A DNA stretch of 64,000 nucleotides, from positions 868,001-932,000 of the forward strand of contig NW_026250411.1 of assembly GCF_024521635.1 (NCBI RefSeq), written 5' to 3'. The translations under genes and the position numbers were made by a program. Below the pieces are notes generated by a model that searched no databases, was not told the DNA's origin, and saw only the letters and a list, made by a program, of their open reading frames with translations. This document shows positions 1 to 11,243 of this stretch, in pieces; within the stretch, counting starts at the first letter, position 1; every line of letters begins with the position of its first letter. Source of the DNA: Tricharina praecox. Its lineage: Eukaryota.

Positions 1-457
1 CAACACCGCAATTACCACCACCACCGATATCCGTGTGTCGCTTCGTTGCGGAATGGCCTTGGCACTTATGAGGAAGGGCGCTCGTGACCAGGCCACCCGT
101 CTATTCAGCGATCTCGACTGGCAGCGCCAGGCCGACAAGAATGGTCTCGGTTTCCTCGGCTTCGTCGCTGCTTGGAAGACTCTGACTACTTTCGTGCGTT
201 GGGATGAGGACTGGGCGACGGACGCCGGGGAGAGTGTCGACCGTGCCGCCGCAATGCTGCGAATCTGGGTTAGCGATAAGAGGATTCAGAAGCTCGATGT
301 TTCGCGGGGCGATTGCAAGCGTGTCGTCGACTTTTGCAGCAAGTTGCAGAAGAAGCTGGCCGGACTCGAGGAGACGGATGGTGATGATGGATATGTGAGC
401 GGGGAGTTGGAGTCGGTGACACCGACACAGTCAAATCCGGAAGGCGAGCTCGTATAA
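1..457 (+). CDS. 3' part of a hypothetical protein, 5' end outside the window
   Basis: Frame is open from base 2 to TAA at 455-457 with protein-like composition (…WKTLTTFVRWDEDW…), followed by a T-rich 3'UTR-like tract. No family recognised. Confidence 0.6.
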   Translation, partial: NTAITTTTDIRVSLRCGMALALMRKGARDQATRLFSDLDWQRQADKNGLGFLGFVAAWKTLTTFVRWDEDWATDAGESVDRAAAMLRIWVSDKRIQKLDVSRGDCKRVVDFCSKLQKKLAGLEETDGDDGYVSGELESVTPTQSNPEGELV

Positions 458-1844
458 GGTCTCCTCTCGTTCTTGTTCCGTTTTCCTTCCGTTTCTTTGC
501 CTCTTTTCTTTTTTATACCTCCTTTCATTTTTTATACCAAAAATCGTCTTCTGGGTTTCTTCGATTTCTCGCGTTCATACACATTATGGTATACCATCTT
601 TACGCGCTGCGTTTTTGTGTTCTTGATGGCCGACTGTTGTAATATACATTACATTTCTTGGGACGGCATTCTTCTAGAATATGGTACTTAAGATTAGGTT
701 CTCTTGCAATGTTTTTTGTTTCTTTCGATTCTCCTCGGTTTTCATACCCCAGCAGGTTTGGCTTTTTCCTTTTCCAGGTTTTTTTTTCTTCCTCGAGATG
801 GGACGAGTGAGTGGATGTGCGCAGCAGCAGCAGCAGTGGAGTCACTGGAGTGTGATGATGAAGTCATGAAAGGCGCACAAGCACAAAAGGGAAGTGTTAC
901 ACATCGTGGGGGGCTGTTTGCTTTGCTTTACTTTTTTTGTTTTTTTACTTTTTTTTGTGTGTTGTTTTTTTGACTTGCGCGTGGGAAAAGGCGGGAATTA
1001 TTTTGCGTTTCATGTTGGGTTCTGGGGTTTTTTCTTGCTATCTATATGTCAGTGTTTGATTGTCTTCGATCTCTAAAGTCTCTACTTACTGAATCATCAT
1101 CATCATCATCATCATCACCAACTTCGTCTGATCCATATGGCTTTTTATACATGACGTTTGCTGAGGTGCAAAAAGACGGCTTCCTACGTACTACCTACAT
1201 GTTCACCATATACTCGGCTCTCATTGATGGCCGCCCGGCCGGCTGGCCTTCTGTCGGCGGCCCCATGTGCTCGTACAATGCAAACTGCTGCTGTTCTAGC
1301 CGGCGAGTTGCCGGTGAGTCGCCGGTTGATCAGGCACCTGGATTCCAGCGCCATACAGCCTCTCCCGTGCTCGTGCAAGGTGCAGAAAGGACAGAGGACA
1401 AACTTCCCCACAGAATCTATCTGATCCAGTACCGTATGCCAGCCAGCCAGCCAGCCAGGCAGTCACCGACTCGGTGCGGAGGTAACTGGCAACAGTGGCC
1501 CCGGGATATAACACCCCACCGGTTCCCCGGTTCCCCGCCGGTTCTTCGCTATGAAAGCCCTCCCTCCACAGTATCGAACCAAACAGCTTCTCTCCTCGGA
1601 CCTCTCCAGCCACTGGTCCTCTACGGTATCACTTGCCTCGACTCCACAGCTACCTATACCATAGCATCAACAATGCCACCACCACGATGTTTCCCCCGGC
1701 ACCCAACCCCCTTCTCGTTCGAGAGTCATTCCCCATATTCCCCATACTTTTTAACTTTCTCCCCATCCCCGTCTCCCTCCCCGTCCCCCTCCCCCTCATC
1801 ATCACCCTCCTGCGGCGTTACCCCCCTCCCCTTCATTCCCGTTT

Positions 1845-3706
1845 ATGGAACAGATCGCTGCAGCTGCTGCGGCAGCGGCAGCGGCGGCGGTGAGCGCGGC
1901 GGTGGGTTCCAGTCCGGGTCCTTCACGGAATGAGAACGAGAATGGGACGCCGAGGCCGAGGGCGGGGGCGGAGGCGGACTGGTCGGTTCTGAAGAACGCC
2001 GTCGCTATGTTTGCCGAGGAGACGGGCGCTAGGCGGCGGCCGCAACCGCGGCTGAAGGGGGAGGACGAGGTGGTGGGGGAGGGCGAGATGGTGGGGGAGG
2101 AGGAGGAGACGGACAGGGAGGCGGAGGCGGGGGCGGGCGTGGGGAGCAATAGCTATGATCGTGGGGGTGGGTCCGCCGGCGGCAGCGACGTCCAGTTTCG
2201 CGAGGAGGGCAGAGGACTCGGGGATCATGGACGGCTTGGACGGTCTGGACGGTCCGCTTCTATGACCGGCGGACATGGCCCGATGACGTCACAATATATC
2301 AAACCCGAGTTGGAGTTGGAATTGGAGGGCAGAGGACTCAGCGATCATGGACGGCCTGGACGGCCTGGACGGTCCGCTTCTGTGACCGACGCACATGACC
2401 CGATGACGGCCCAATATATCAAACCCGAGTTGGAGTTGGAATTGGAGGACAATAGGAAATCTCCGGTGGCGTACCTCATCATCAGTTCGGCTTCGGCGTC
2501 GGAGTCCGGCGATAATGACAACGCGGATGTGGTGGTCGCACGTACTGCAGAACAAGAAACGGATCAGAAGAAGGGAATGGACATGTTATTGGCGGCTGCC
2601 GCGGAGGCTCGTGAGTGGACGCCTGTCAACAGTTTTAGGCCCGGAAACGGGAGATCTACCCCCGCGAGTACACCCACCGCGAGTACACCTTCCACGAGTA
2701 CATCTACCGCCGCCACTGCTAGAACCCATGGCTGGACGCCTGTCAACAGCTCCCCACTCGACTCTGGCAGCTCATTCACTGCGGCCAGCACACCGCCCAC
2801 AGGCACCGCGATTTCCGTGTTGATCCCGCAAGTCGCAGGACAATCCCCAGCCGCCAATGCTACGGCCCCTCAACCCCAACCTCAACCAATCACTCCGCTG
2901 CCGAAATTCTTCAACATCCCGACGATTCTGCGCAGCGCCCCATTCGGCGCGGTTCTCACCGCCCAGCGCATCCTGATCACGCACGGCCTCGTCCAGCTCT
3001 TCGATCTCCCGCTGTGCGGTGCGCAGGCCACGACGCTGACCACCGACCTCAGGCGCATCTTCCTCCTGCACGCCGAGACGCTCGACCGCGCCGCCGCCTT
3101 CTCGCGGCAGATATCGATCCCGGGGTCGCAGAGCGAGCGGTTTCGGCAGGATGCGGTGATGCACGACTGGAATAGCTTTAAGGAGCTCAGGAGGGGATTT
3201 GAGATCGTAGTGGAGCTGAGGAGCGAGGCGGAGTGGGTCAGGCAGTCTTGGGGCGGGTTTGGGCGCGAGGATGTGGTGGAGGGGGAGGTTGCGGTTGAGG
3301 ATGAGGACGGGGAGGGGGACGAGGAGGTCGGGCTGCCAGAGTGGGCCGCGGAGTTGCTGGGCAGGGAGGAAGTCCCATGGGCTCCTGATGCGGTGGAGAC
3401 GCTGGTCGTCGCCGCGGAGGGGTGGGCCGCTAGGTGGTTGTTCCGTAAGCCCCCCCCCCTCCTCCTCCTCCTTCTCCTCCTCCACCCGCCTACATACCCT
3501 AGGTAATTCTCTCAATACTAAACATCCAAGCAGTCAACCAGGAAGCCGCCAACCGGGAAACGAAGCGCCAGCGCGCCAAGGACGAGAACGAGGAAGAGGA
3601 AAAAGATGTTTGGTCTCCGAATCGCCTTCGGAGGTCGCCCAAGAAAGCGAAGAGCGAGAAGTTGGAGGAGGATGTGACGGAGGGATGGATGCCTGTGGTG
3701 TGGTGA
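1845..3706 (+). CDS. Hypothetical, largely disordered protein; join(1845..3444,3534..3706)
   Basis: 553-aa ORF. Donor GTAAGC at 3445, branch-like TACTAAAC and CAG acceptor at 3533. Splicing gives the in-frame C-terminus LNQEAANRETKRQRAK…GWMPVVW-TGA. Start codon uncertain. Confidence 0.7.
2204..2448 (+). repeat. In-frame 120-bp (40-aa) tandem duplication inside the CDS
   Basis: GGAGGGCAGAGGACTC…ATATATCAAACCCGAGTTGGAGTTGGAATTGGAG occurs at 2204 and 2324. Confidence 0.95.
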
Positions 3707-4240
3707 TGCGGATATCTTGAGGGTCTGTTGGTTTTAGGGTGCATCATTAAGGCCGGGTTTCTGCTTCGATTATATATTCTACACATGAATTACTATCTAG
3801 GTACCTGAGTACCTATTGCTTTTAATGATCCAGCGAGTGTGAACGTCATGGAAGGGGACACAAGTGAACAACCAGCTCCAGTTCCATTGGCCTTATTGAT
3901 ATAGCCACGGGTGCAGAAGGATGGAACTGTGAACATCTGGGGAGCCCAGACTGTTGTTCGGTTACATGTAAGTAGCGCGCCGCGGCTAGCAGAAGCATTA
4001 GAGCGTGTAGATAGAGAAGAGTTGCTCGGAGACAGTCTCGGATGTATGTGTCGGAGCTCAATCGGAGACTGCGGAATCCCTGCTGCACATTATCTACAAA
4101 TAGCCGAACAAGGCCCGATATGACTGATGGAAAAATCAAGTTCCACCCGGCCAACATATTCAAGGTATCATACCTATCGCTAACTAGCAGTACCTACGCT
4201 CAGAAGCTCCCTCTCCTTCATCCACAACCACATACACACG

Positions 4241-5701
4241 ATGTCTTCACGGGCGCGAACCCTCCTCCTCCCCAGTCTCTACGCTGTCAGACTCGGACCT
4301 GCTCGGAGACAGTTCTCGGCCATCGGCAGGAGCAGCTACGATGGCGTCTACAAGGAGCTGCAGATCATGAAGCTGAAGATGCCTTGGTTGCAAGCTCTCG
4401 CGGAGGCGAAAGCTGCTCCCGCGTCTGCTGCCGCGACCACGGCGCCGCAGGAGAAGAAGGAATTAGTGCCCAAGAGGATGAGCGATAGCTACCACGAGCT
4501 GGTCTGTCCCTCTATCTATCCGAGCTCTCTCTATCTCTCTCTCTTTGCGATCAGGGGTGCTAAGTGGGCGAGGGGGATAGGTTCTTCCACTGGCGAACGA
4601 CCAATGGCTGGTGGATACCTACATCAACTCGTCCGGCAACCTCCGGCTGGGCGCGCTGTTCCAGGACTTGGACGCGCTTGCGGGCGTCATCTCGTACAAG
4701 CACACGGGCGAGGGCATCACGATCGTCACGGCAGCTGTCGACAGGATCTCGATCATCAACCCGCTCGACGAGTGGTGCGACCTCCACCTCAGCGGGTATG
4801 TGAGCTACGTGGGGTCCTCGTCGATGGAGGTGTCGCTCGAGGCGCGCAGGGTCGACACGAAAAGCAATAAGCCGGTGCCCGGGCAGGAGGGGCTGCTGCT
4901 GACGTGTGCGTTCACAATGGTCGCGAGAGATCCGGCGACGAAGAAGGCGATTGCGGTGAATCCGCTGCTGGTCGAGACGGCGGAGGAGAAGGAGATCTTC
5001 CGGCGCGGCGAGGCGTACAAGTGCTCGAAGAAGGCGCTGGCAAAGGTCGATCTGGCGAAGCAGACGCCGAACGATGAAGAGTCGGATCTGATCCACCAGA
5101 TGTGGATGGAGCAGTCGAAGTACAAGGACCCGCTAAACGCCGCGACGAAGCCCGAGAATACCATCTACATGTCCACAACCACAATACAAAGCACTATGAT
5201 CATGCAGCCGCAGTTCAGAAATCGACATCAGCTCATGATATTTGGTGGCTATTTGATGCGGCAGACCATGGAATTGGCGTTCTGCTGCTGCTCGGCTTTC
5301 GCACACACCAGGCCTACGTTCGTATCGCTGGATCCCAGCACGTTCCTGGCTCCGGTGCCGGTCGGGAGTATATTATATCTGACGGCGACGGTGGCGTACA
5401 CCGAGCCCGGCTCGAAAGGGGGCAGTAGAGTCCAGGTGCGCGTGCAGAGTAAGGTGAGGGATGTCGAGCACGGAAAGGTCGTCGAGACCGGTGTGTTCAA
5501 TTACACGTTCTATGTCGATAAGGACCTGCAGGTGATGCCGGTCACGTACTCGGAATTTGTATGCTTCCCCTTCCCCTCCCTTCATAGATGGACTACGCTG
5601 ATGTTTGTCGGTAGATCGACTACATCGATGCTAGACGTAGGGCGAAGCAGATCGCACAGATTGCGGCGGATGATGGCACTAAGAAGAGGGTTACCGAGTA
5701 G
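4241..5701 (+). CDS. Acyl-CoA thioester hydrolase, double hotdog fold, ACOT9-like, probably mitochondrial; join(4241..4501,4581..5558,5615..5701)
   Basis: Motifs YINSSGNLRLGALFQDLDALAG, IVTAAVDRI, VGSSSMEV, IFGGYLMR and FLAPVPVGS. Two GT-AG introns keep the frame. Arg/Ser-rich N-terminus resembles a presequence. Confidence 0.92.
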
Positions 5702-5867
5702 TATCTGGTGTAATTTGTTCGTGTTAAATTCTGCAAGGGTCTTTCCTTTTAATACCATAGCTCAATTGTTCATACTTTCTACTTGTACATATGCTGAGAT
5801 CGTTACATCCACCACGGTGACTCACAAGTCATGATTCGCTTAATTCAATATTCAATTTGCTATCCCT

Positions 5868-6407
5868 CTAATCTACCCACGAACCGGGCGTCTTGTATTT
5901 TGGCTCCTCCTCCTCCTCCTCCTCCCTCTCCCACATCTTAACCATTATGGTTCTGGCGGCCTTGCTGGGGGAATACCCCCTGCCCCTCTTGAGCGGACGC
6001 GGGCGGTACATCCTGTCCCCGTTGGGAACATCGTACTTATCTTCAAGGCCGATGCACCACTCGATAGCCCAGCGTATCTGCTGCTGGCGCTCCGTGAGCT
6101 CGTCCAGCAGCATCTCGTTCTCGTCGACGCTGATACGCTGGTCGATCGAGTGGTCGTCCACCAGCGACTCTAGAATGCGTCGCGCAAGGGTCGATTCGGC
6201 CGAGGGGGACTGGGGGCGCTCGGGGAGAGGGGCGGACGGGACGGCGGCGGTGCTGATGGTGGTGTCGGTGGTGGTGACGGTGGTGCTCTTGATGGTTGTG
6301 GTGGTGGCGGGAGACTCCTTTGGCTGAGTCTTCTTGATGATGCCCGAGGACCGTGACAGCTTGGGCGGCGAGGAGGGCGTGAGCTTGGTGGGTTGCTTCG
6401 GCGACAT
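5868..6407 (-). CDS. Unrecognised small-protein family, tandem copy 1 (179 aa, intact)
   Basis: MSPKQP… with an S/T/P/K-rich N-terminus, a core ERQQQIRWAIEWCIGLEDKY…LKRGRG, an acidic tract and terminal TPGSWVD. Homologous to copies 2-4. Confidence 0.75.
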   Translation of the reverse strand: MSPKQPTKLTPSSPPKLSRSSGIIKKTQPKESPATTTTIKSTTVTTTDTTISTAAVPSAPLPERPQSPSAESTLARRILESLVDDHSIDQRISVDENEMLLDELTERQQQIRWAIEWCIGLEDKYDVPNGDRMYRPRPLKRGRGYSPSKAARTIMVKMWEREEEEEEEPKYKTPGSWVD

Positions 6408-7543
6408 AATTGTTGTTGTCAATGTTATTGTTAATCGCTTGTGTGGAGAGTGCGAGAGGTGTTCTGCGGATGGATGGTGGGAAGAGAAGGAAGGAAGGAA
6501 AGGAAAGGGAAGACGGAAGTAGTGGGTTGGTGGGACGGAGAAAATTCAGCTCCAAGGTCAGAGTGAATGGTGGCTGGGAGCTGCTGGAACGAATGACGCC
6601 ATTCAGTCTTGCGAGAGTGGGATACCCTCCGCGCTAGCGTGAAGCATCGTCGGATTACTGCTATCCATAGCACATCACTCGTTGTGGCTCTCGGCGCATT
6701 TCAGGAAAGAGAATTAGAGTACCAGATAGGTCGACCACTTGTGGAAGGTTTTGTTACTCTAGGCTGAAGCAACGGTTCTCCGCCTATACATGCGTAGAGA
6801 TTGTTTTCCCGGCGATATCGCAGACGATTAGACTATTTACGACTATTTGAGACCCATCGAGATGCGTCCTGTCGGACAAACCCACCTACCAATGATACCT
6901 CCTGGGGACCAAGGTAGCCAGTACGTATGTGAGCGGCGATATGCACCGAGCAAGTTCTACTGGTGATGTCACGAGACGGCGGCAATGGCCCGAGTACCTA
7001 AGTACCTACCCAATTTTGGTCTGCTGTCTACATAGCCGCGGAGCCGGCACTGGACGGGAAAGTACTCTAGACTTCGGCGCACAATCAATCATTGATCATT
7101 CCGGCTCAGGGTGTATGGGCATGGGCAGTGTAAGTTTTTCCTAGGGCTCATGGATCTTTCCAACCCGTTTCGGTTGTTGTGTATACCTGGTATCTGTTGG
7201 CCGCTGGCGAAATAGTCGCCTTGGGTGTAAGTACCTATGTAGAAACGGGCGCCGTCTAAAGCATGTTGAGCTGGGTACATCATAATTTACCTGTGTGGTC
7301 TGTACGGCGGGCATTATCGGACTACAGACCACACGTAACTACGATACACCCTCGGCATACCACCAGAGTGAAATTTGAATTCCGCTGCCGGAATGCCGCC
7401 TGCGAGCGCGTCCTGTACATACTACATACGGACCCGTACGGTGTGCGGCGTGCGGTCATGCGGAGACACCGGTGCAGCAGCACCTCACCGAGTGCTATTG
7501 GGGAGGCACTAACTATGCTGTTCCGCGGCGACACCGGTACCGA

Positions 7544-7589
7544 ACAGATTGCGGCAGACGATGGCACCAGGGAGAGGGTTACTGAGTAG
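7544..7589 (+). pseudogene. Duplicated last codons of the thioesterase gene (left boundary of tandem unit 2)
   Basis: QIAADDGTRERVTE-TAG versus QIAADDGTKKRVTE-TAG at 5656-5701; similarity continues through the 3'UTR. Confidence 0.9.
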
Positions 7590-7753
7590 AATCCGGTGTA
7601 ATCCCTTCATATTAAATCCTACTAGGGCCTTTACTTTTGAATACCATAGCTCAATTGCACTCCATACTTGTACATATGCTAGGTTTCGTTACATCTACCA
7701 CGGTGGATCGGAAGTCGTGATTCGCTCAATTTAATCATCAATTTGCTATCTCT

Positions 7754-8322
7754 CTAATCAAACCACGAGCCGGGCATCGTGTACTCCGGCTCCCGCTCCT
7801 TCTCCTCCTTCTCCTCTCTCCTCCCGCACCCATCTTGACCGCAATGATCTTGGCCGCCCTTCCCTTCTTCAACGCACGATAGCGGTAGGATTTTTCCTGG
7901 TTGACGGCCTCGTACTTGCGCTCGAGATACATGCAGCGCTGGATGGCTCAGCGCAGCTGTTTCTGGCGCCCCTTGAGCTCGTAGCACAGCATCGAATTCT
8001 CCGCCATCTCGATCTGCTCGTCGATCTCGCCCTCGTTGGCGAGCGACGAGAGCATGCGCTGCGATGGTACCGGCTCCGCCCCGAAGGACTCGAGGCGCTC
8101 TATCAGAGTGTCGAACATGGCGTTGTCGGCCTTGACGGTGGTAGCGGTGGTGACGGTGAAGGTGGAGGAGGTGGTGGTGGCGGTCTTGATAGTGGCGGCC
8201 TTGATAGTCGTGGCGGCGGCGGGAGTCTTGGGCTTCGGCTTCGTCGTCTTGAGGATTCCCGAGGGCCGTGACAGCTTGGGCGGCAAGGAGGGCGCGAACT
8301 CGGTGGGTGGTTTTGGCGACAT
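7754..8322 (-). pseudogene. Small-protein family copy 2, disrupted
   Basis: TGA at 7948-7950 where other copies have Trp (R-W-A-I), plus a frameshift near 7825-7830 before the conserved EYTMPGSWFD end. Confidence 0.8.
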
Positions 8323-9169
8323 GATTGTTGTTGTCGTTGTTGGTGTTATTGATCGCGCGTGTGAAGACTTTGGTGAAGTGTTCAGTAGCTGGATGGTGGG
8401 AAGGAAAGGAAGGAAAGGAAAGGAAAGAAATAAAAGACGGAAGCAGTGGGTTGGTGGGCTGCTGGGGTGGAGAACTGTGAGTACTGAGGTCACAGTGAAT
8501 TGGGGCTGCTGGAGCCATTCAGTCTTGCGAGACTGGAATACCTCCCGCGCTAGCGTGAAGCATCGTGGGATTACTGCCAACCACGGCACATCACTCGCTT
8601 TGTTCTCGGTGCACTTCTGAATGCGGGAATTAGAGTACCTAGGAGTCTATAGGGCTTTCTCTCTACCCGCAGTGCTGGCAGGAAAGGTTGGGAAGTTGAT
8701 AGCCGCCATAGTCTAGTATCGCCGCATGCGACAATAGGTAGATTGATGTTCTCTCTATGGTTCCTAGGTCCACCGCTTGTGGACGGTTTCGCTACTCACG
8801 AGTAGCCTGAAGCAAACTTTTCGGCCCTATACATAGAGGATATATTCTTGCTGGATACCTATATCATATCGAAGAAAATATGTAAGACCCTGTGTACGAC
8901 TTCGAGACCCGTCGAAGAGCGTCCCAACGGACAAACCTAGGTATGCACCCTTGATACCTACCTTCTGAGGACCAAGGTCGACTCTACAGGAGGGGCCAGT
9001 ACGTATTCATCGAGTGAGCTCCACTGGCCGTATGGAGATGGTGTCGATGCCACGAGACAGCGGCAATCGCCCGAGGCCCCGCATAGTTCCTTACTTTTCG
9101 GCAAACGTCTAAAATGCCATAGTTTATTCGGCGTTTCAAACCCACCACCACTCAAACACCCGTATGGCG

Positions 9170-9425
9170 GAGCGAGAGGAGGAGCTTTCGGTGAGAGGAG
9201 AAAGTGAAGGAGGACTCCTGTCGGCGGGAGAGAAACGAATGTAGTCAGCAGTGGGCATAAACGATGGCTGCCGTGGCGGGGTCTTCTTCTTCTTCTTCTT
9301 CTCACTGGATCATGTATAGAATAGACGATCAACCACTATCTCCTCTTTCTCCTTGTGTATTCTCCTTCTCTCAAGCCGCCGCTTTTCGGCCTGGAGAGGC
9401 ATTGGCGAAAGGGTCCTCGCGAAAG
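9170..9425 (-). repeat. Dispersed repeat, inverted copy of ~43020-43290
   Basis: Reverse complement aligns in blocks: GCGAGG…GCCAATGCCTCTC, ACACA…GGAGA.AGAGGA, (AAG)n-ACCCC, ATGCCCACT…CTCCCGCCGACAGG…CCGAAAGCTCCTCC. Confidence 0.85.
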
Positions 9426-9771
9426 CATGGTAGAGAATTGGGCCGTTCAATAATCATCCTTCGAGGGTGGGAGTTAGCTATCAAATAGTTTGACTTCTTA
9501 GGCATCAACCTCTGAGATAGAGTAGGTATCGAGGACCGCACAAAGCAGTACCAGCACCCGGCGGTGACCTATCCCCACCAAAAACAGCAGTCGGAAAAAC
9601 TATGGAATTTTAGACTATATTGCTGAAAACTATTGGGATTTTAGACGTTCGCCATTACTTTAATACCACAGCCCAGTTGTCTATACTTGTACATATGTTG
9701 GGGTCTTTACATCCACCACGGTGGATCAAAAGTCAGGATTCGCGTATTTCAATCTTCAATTTAAAAATTCT

Positions 9772-10392
9772 CTAGTCTACCCACATTCCGGGCATTTGAT
9801 ATTCCCACTCCTCCTCTTTCTCCTCTTCCTTCTTCTCAATCTCCTCCTTCTTCTCCTTCTCCTCGTTCTCCTCGTCGTCCTCATTCTCCTCGTCCTCCTC
9901 GTCCTCGTCGTCCTCCTCCACTCCCCAACCCCCCGTCTTGACCATCATGATCCTAGCGGCCTTGGTGGGGGTATACCCCCTCCCCTTCTTCAGCCTACGG
10001 AGGCGGCACATCCTGTCCTCGCTGGCGACATCGTACTTTTTCTCCAGGTACATGCACCGGTGCATCGCCCAGAGTATCTGTTTCTGGCGCTGCTTGAGTT
10101 CCACCAGCAGCTTTGCGTTCTCGCTAAAGCTGGTACGCTGGTCGACCTGGTGGTCCTCCGCGAGAGACTCCAGAATGCGCCACGCGCGTATAGACTCGGC
10201 GGCTGGTGACTGTGGGCGCTCGAGGATGGGGTCGGGCGGGGCGGTGGTGGTGGGGGCCTTGGTGGCGGTGGTGGTGGTCTTGCTGGTGGGAGACGTCTTC
10301 TTCGACTCCTTCGACTTCTTGCGGATGCCCGCGGGCTGCGCGAGCTTGGGTGGTGAGGGGGGTGCGGTCTTCGTGGGGGGTTGGGGAGACAT
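9772..10392 (-). CDS. Small-protein family copy 3 (206 aa, intact)
   Basis: Uninterrupted ORF MSPQPP…RQKQILWAMHRCMYLEKKY…LKKGRG, long Glu/Asp tract, terminal YQMPGMWVD. Confidence 0.78.
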   Translation of the reverse strand: MSPQPPTKTAPPSPPKLAQPAGIRKKSKESKKTSPTSKTTTTATKAPTTTAPPDPILERPQSPAAESIRAWRILESLAEDHQVDQRTSFSENAKLLVELKQRQKQILWAMHRCMYLEKKYDVASEDRMCRLRRLKKGRGYTPTKAARIMMVKTGGWGVEEDDEDEEDEENEDDEENEEKEKKEEIEKKEEEKEEEWEYQMPGMWVD

Positions 10393-10691
10393 TGTTGTTA
10401 TTGTGATTGTTGTGGTTGTCGTTGCTGTGGATCGCTTCTGTGAAGAGTCGTTGGTGAAGTGGGAAAGGAAAGAAAGGAAAGGAAAGACGGAAGCCGCGGG
10501 TTGGTGGGTTGGTGGGGTGGAGAACTGTGAGTACTGAGGTCACAGTGAATTAGGGCTGCTGGAGCCATTCAGTCTTGCGAGACTGGAATACCTCCTCCCG
10601 CGCTAGCGTGAAGCATCGTCGGATTACGGCTATCCACAATGTATCACTCGCTTCGTTCTCGTTGTACTTCTGCATGGGGGAATTTGAGTAC

Positions 10692-11110
10692 CTAGGTTTC
10701 CTCTCTCCCACTGTTGTGGACAGATGAATGCCAGGGGCCACTGAGGAAGTTTCAGAGAGTGAGGTATCCGAGTGGGAGCTCAGGGAGCGGGAAGAAAGGG
10801 AGGCAGAGCTGAGGCGAGAGGAAAAGGAGGGTCCTGGGGTCGAGGGGCCGGGATCACTGCCGCTGTTCCTCTCCACACCTTCGTTCATGTCATACCCTGA
10901 TGACGAGGCAGGAGGTGGGGCGTAGTAGGGAGAGGGAGTAGAAGATGTCTTTTCCCGGGGTCATTTCTTTGGTGCGCTCTATCTTCATTGCTGGGACAGA
11001 CTGGGGCGGAGGGTAGGGACAGCCACATTGGGCCACTGGATGAAAGTAAGGTTGGGCAGTCGCGTGGAACCGGTAACGCAGTGGACGGCTACGGCGGACG
11101 ATACGTTTAT
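10692..11110 (+). mobile_element. Probable 5'-truncated non-LTR retrotransposon (Tad1-like LINE): ORF2 C-terminus plus 3'UTR
   Basis: Translates LGFLSPTVVDR*MP…SEVSEWELREREERE…LPLFLSTPSFM, which matches my recollection of fungal LINE ORF2 tails (L.FL.TTDVGRRVP…SEWELRER…LPLFLPTP.FM). It interrupts the shared upstream sequence of copy 3. Not database-verified. Confidence 0.65.
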
Positions 11111-11243
11111 GTAGGTAGAGCCAGTGGATATTATGGAGACCACGGACTATGTACTTGCAGAATGTATGCTGGGGTTCGTTACATCCACCACGGTGGATCA
11201 CAAGTCATGATTCGCTCAATTCAATCTTCAATTTGCTATCCCT

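Noticed and set aside
1046..1933. 295-aa + strand ORF
   Set aside because: Non-ATG start, built from microsatellite and low-complexity tracts, and overlaps the start of the better-supported gene at 1845 in another frame.
7948..7950. TGA at a conserved Trp in array copy 2 as an A-to-I-correctable stop
   Set aside because: The same copy has a downstream frameshift that removes the conserved C-terminal motif, so ordinary pseudogenisation is simpler.
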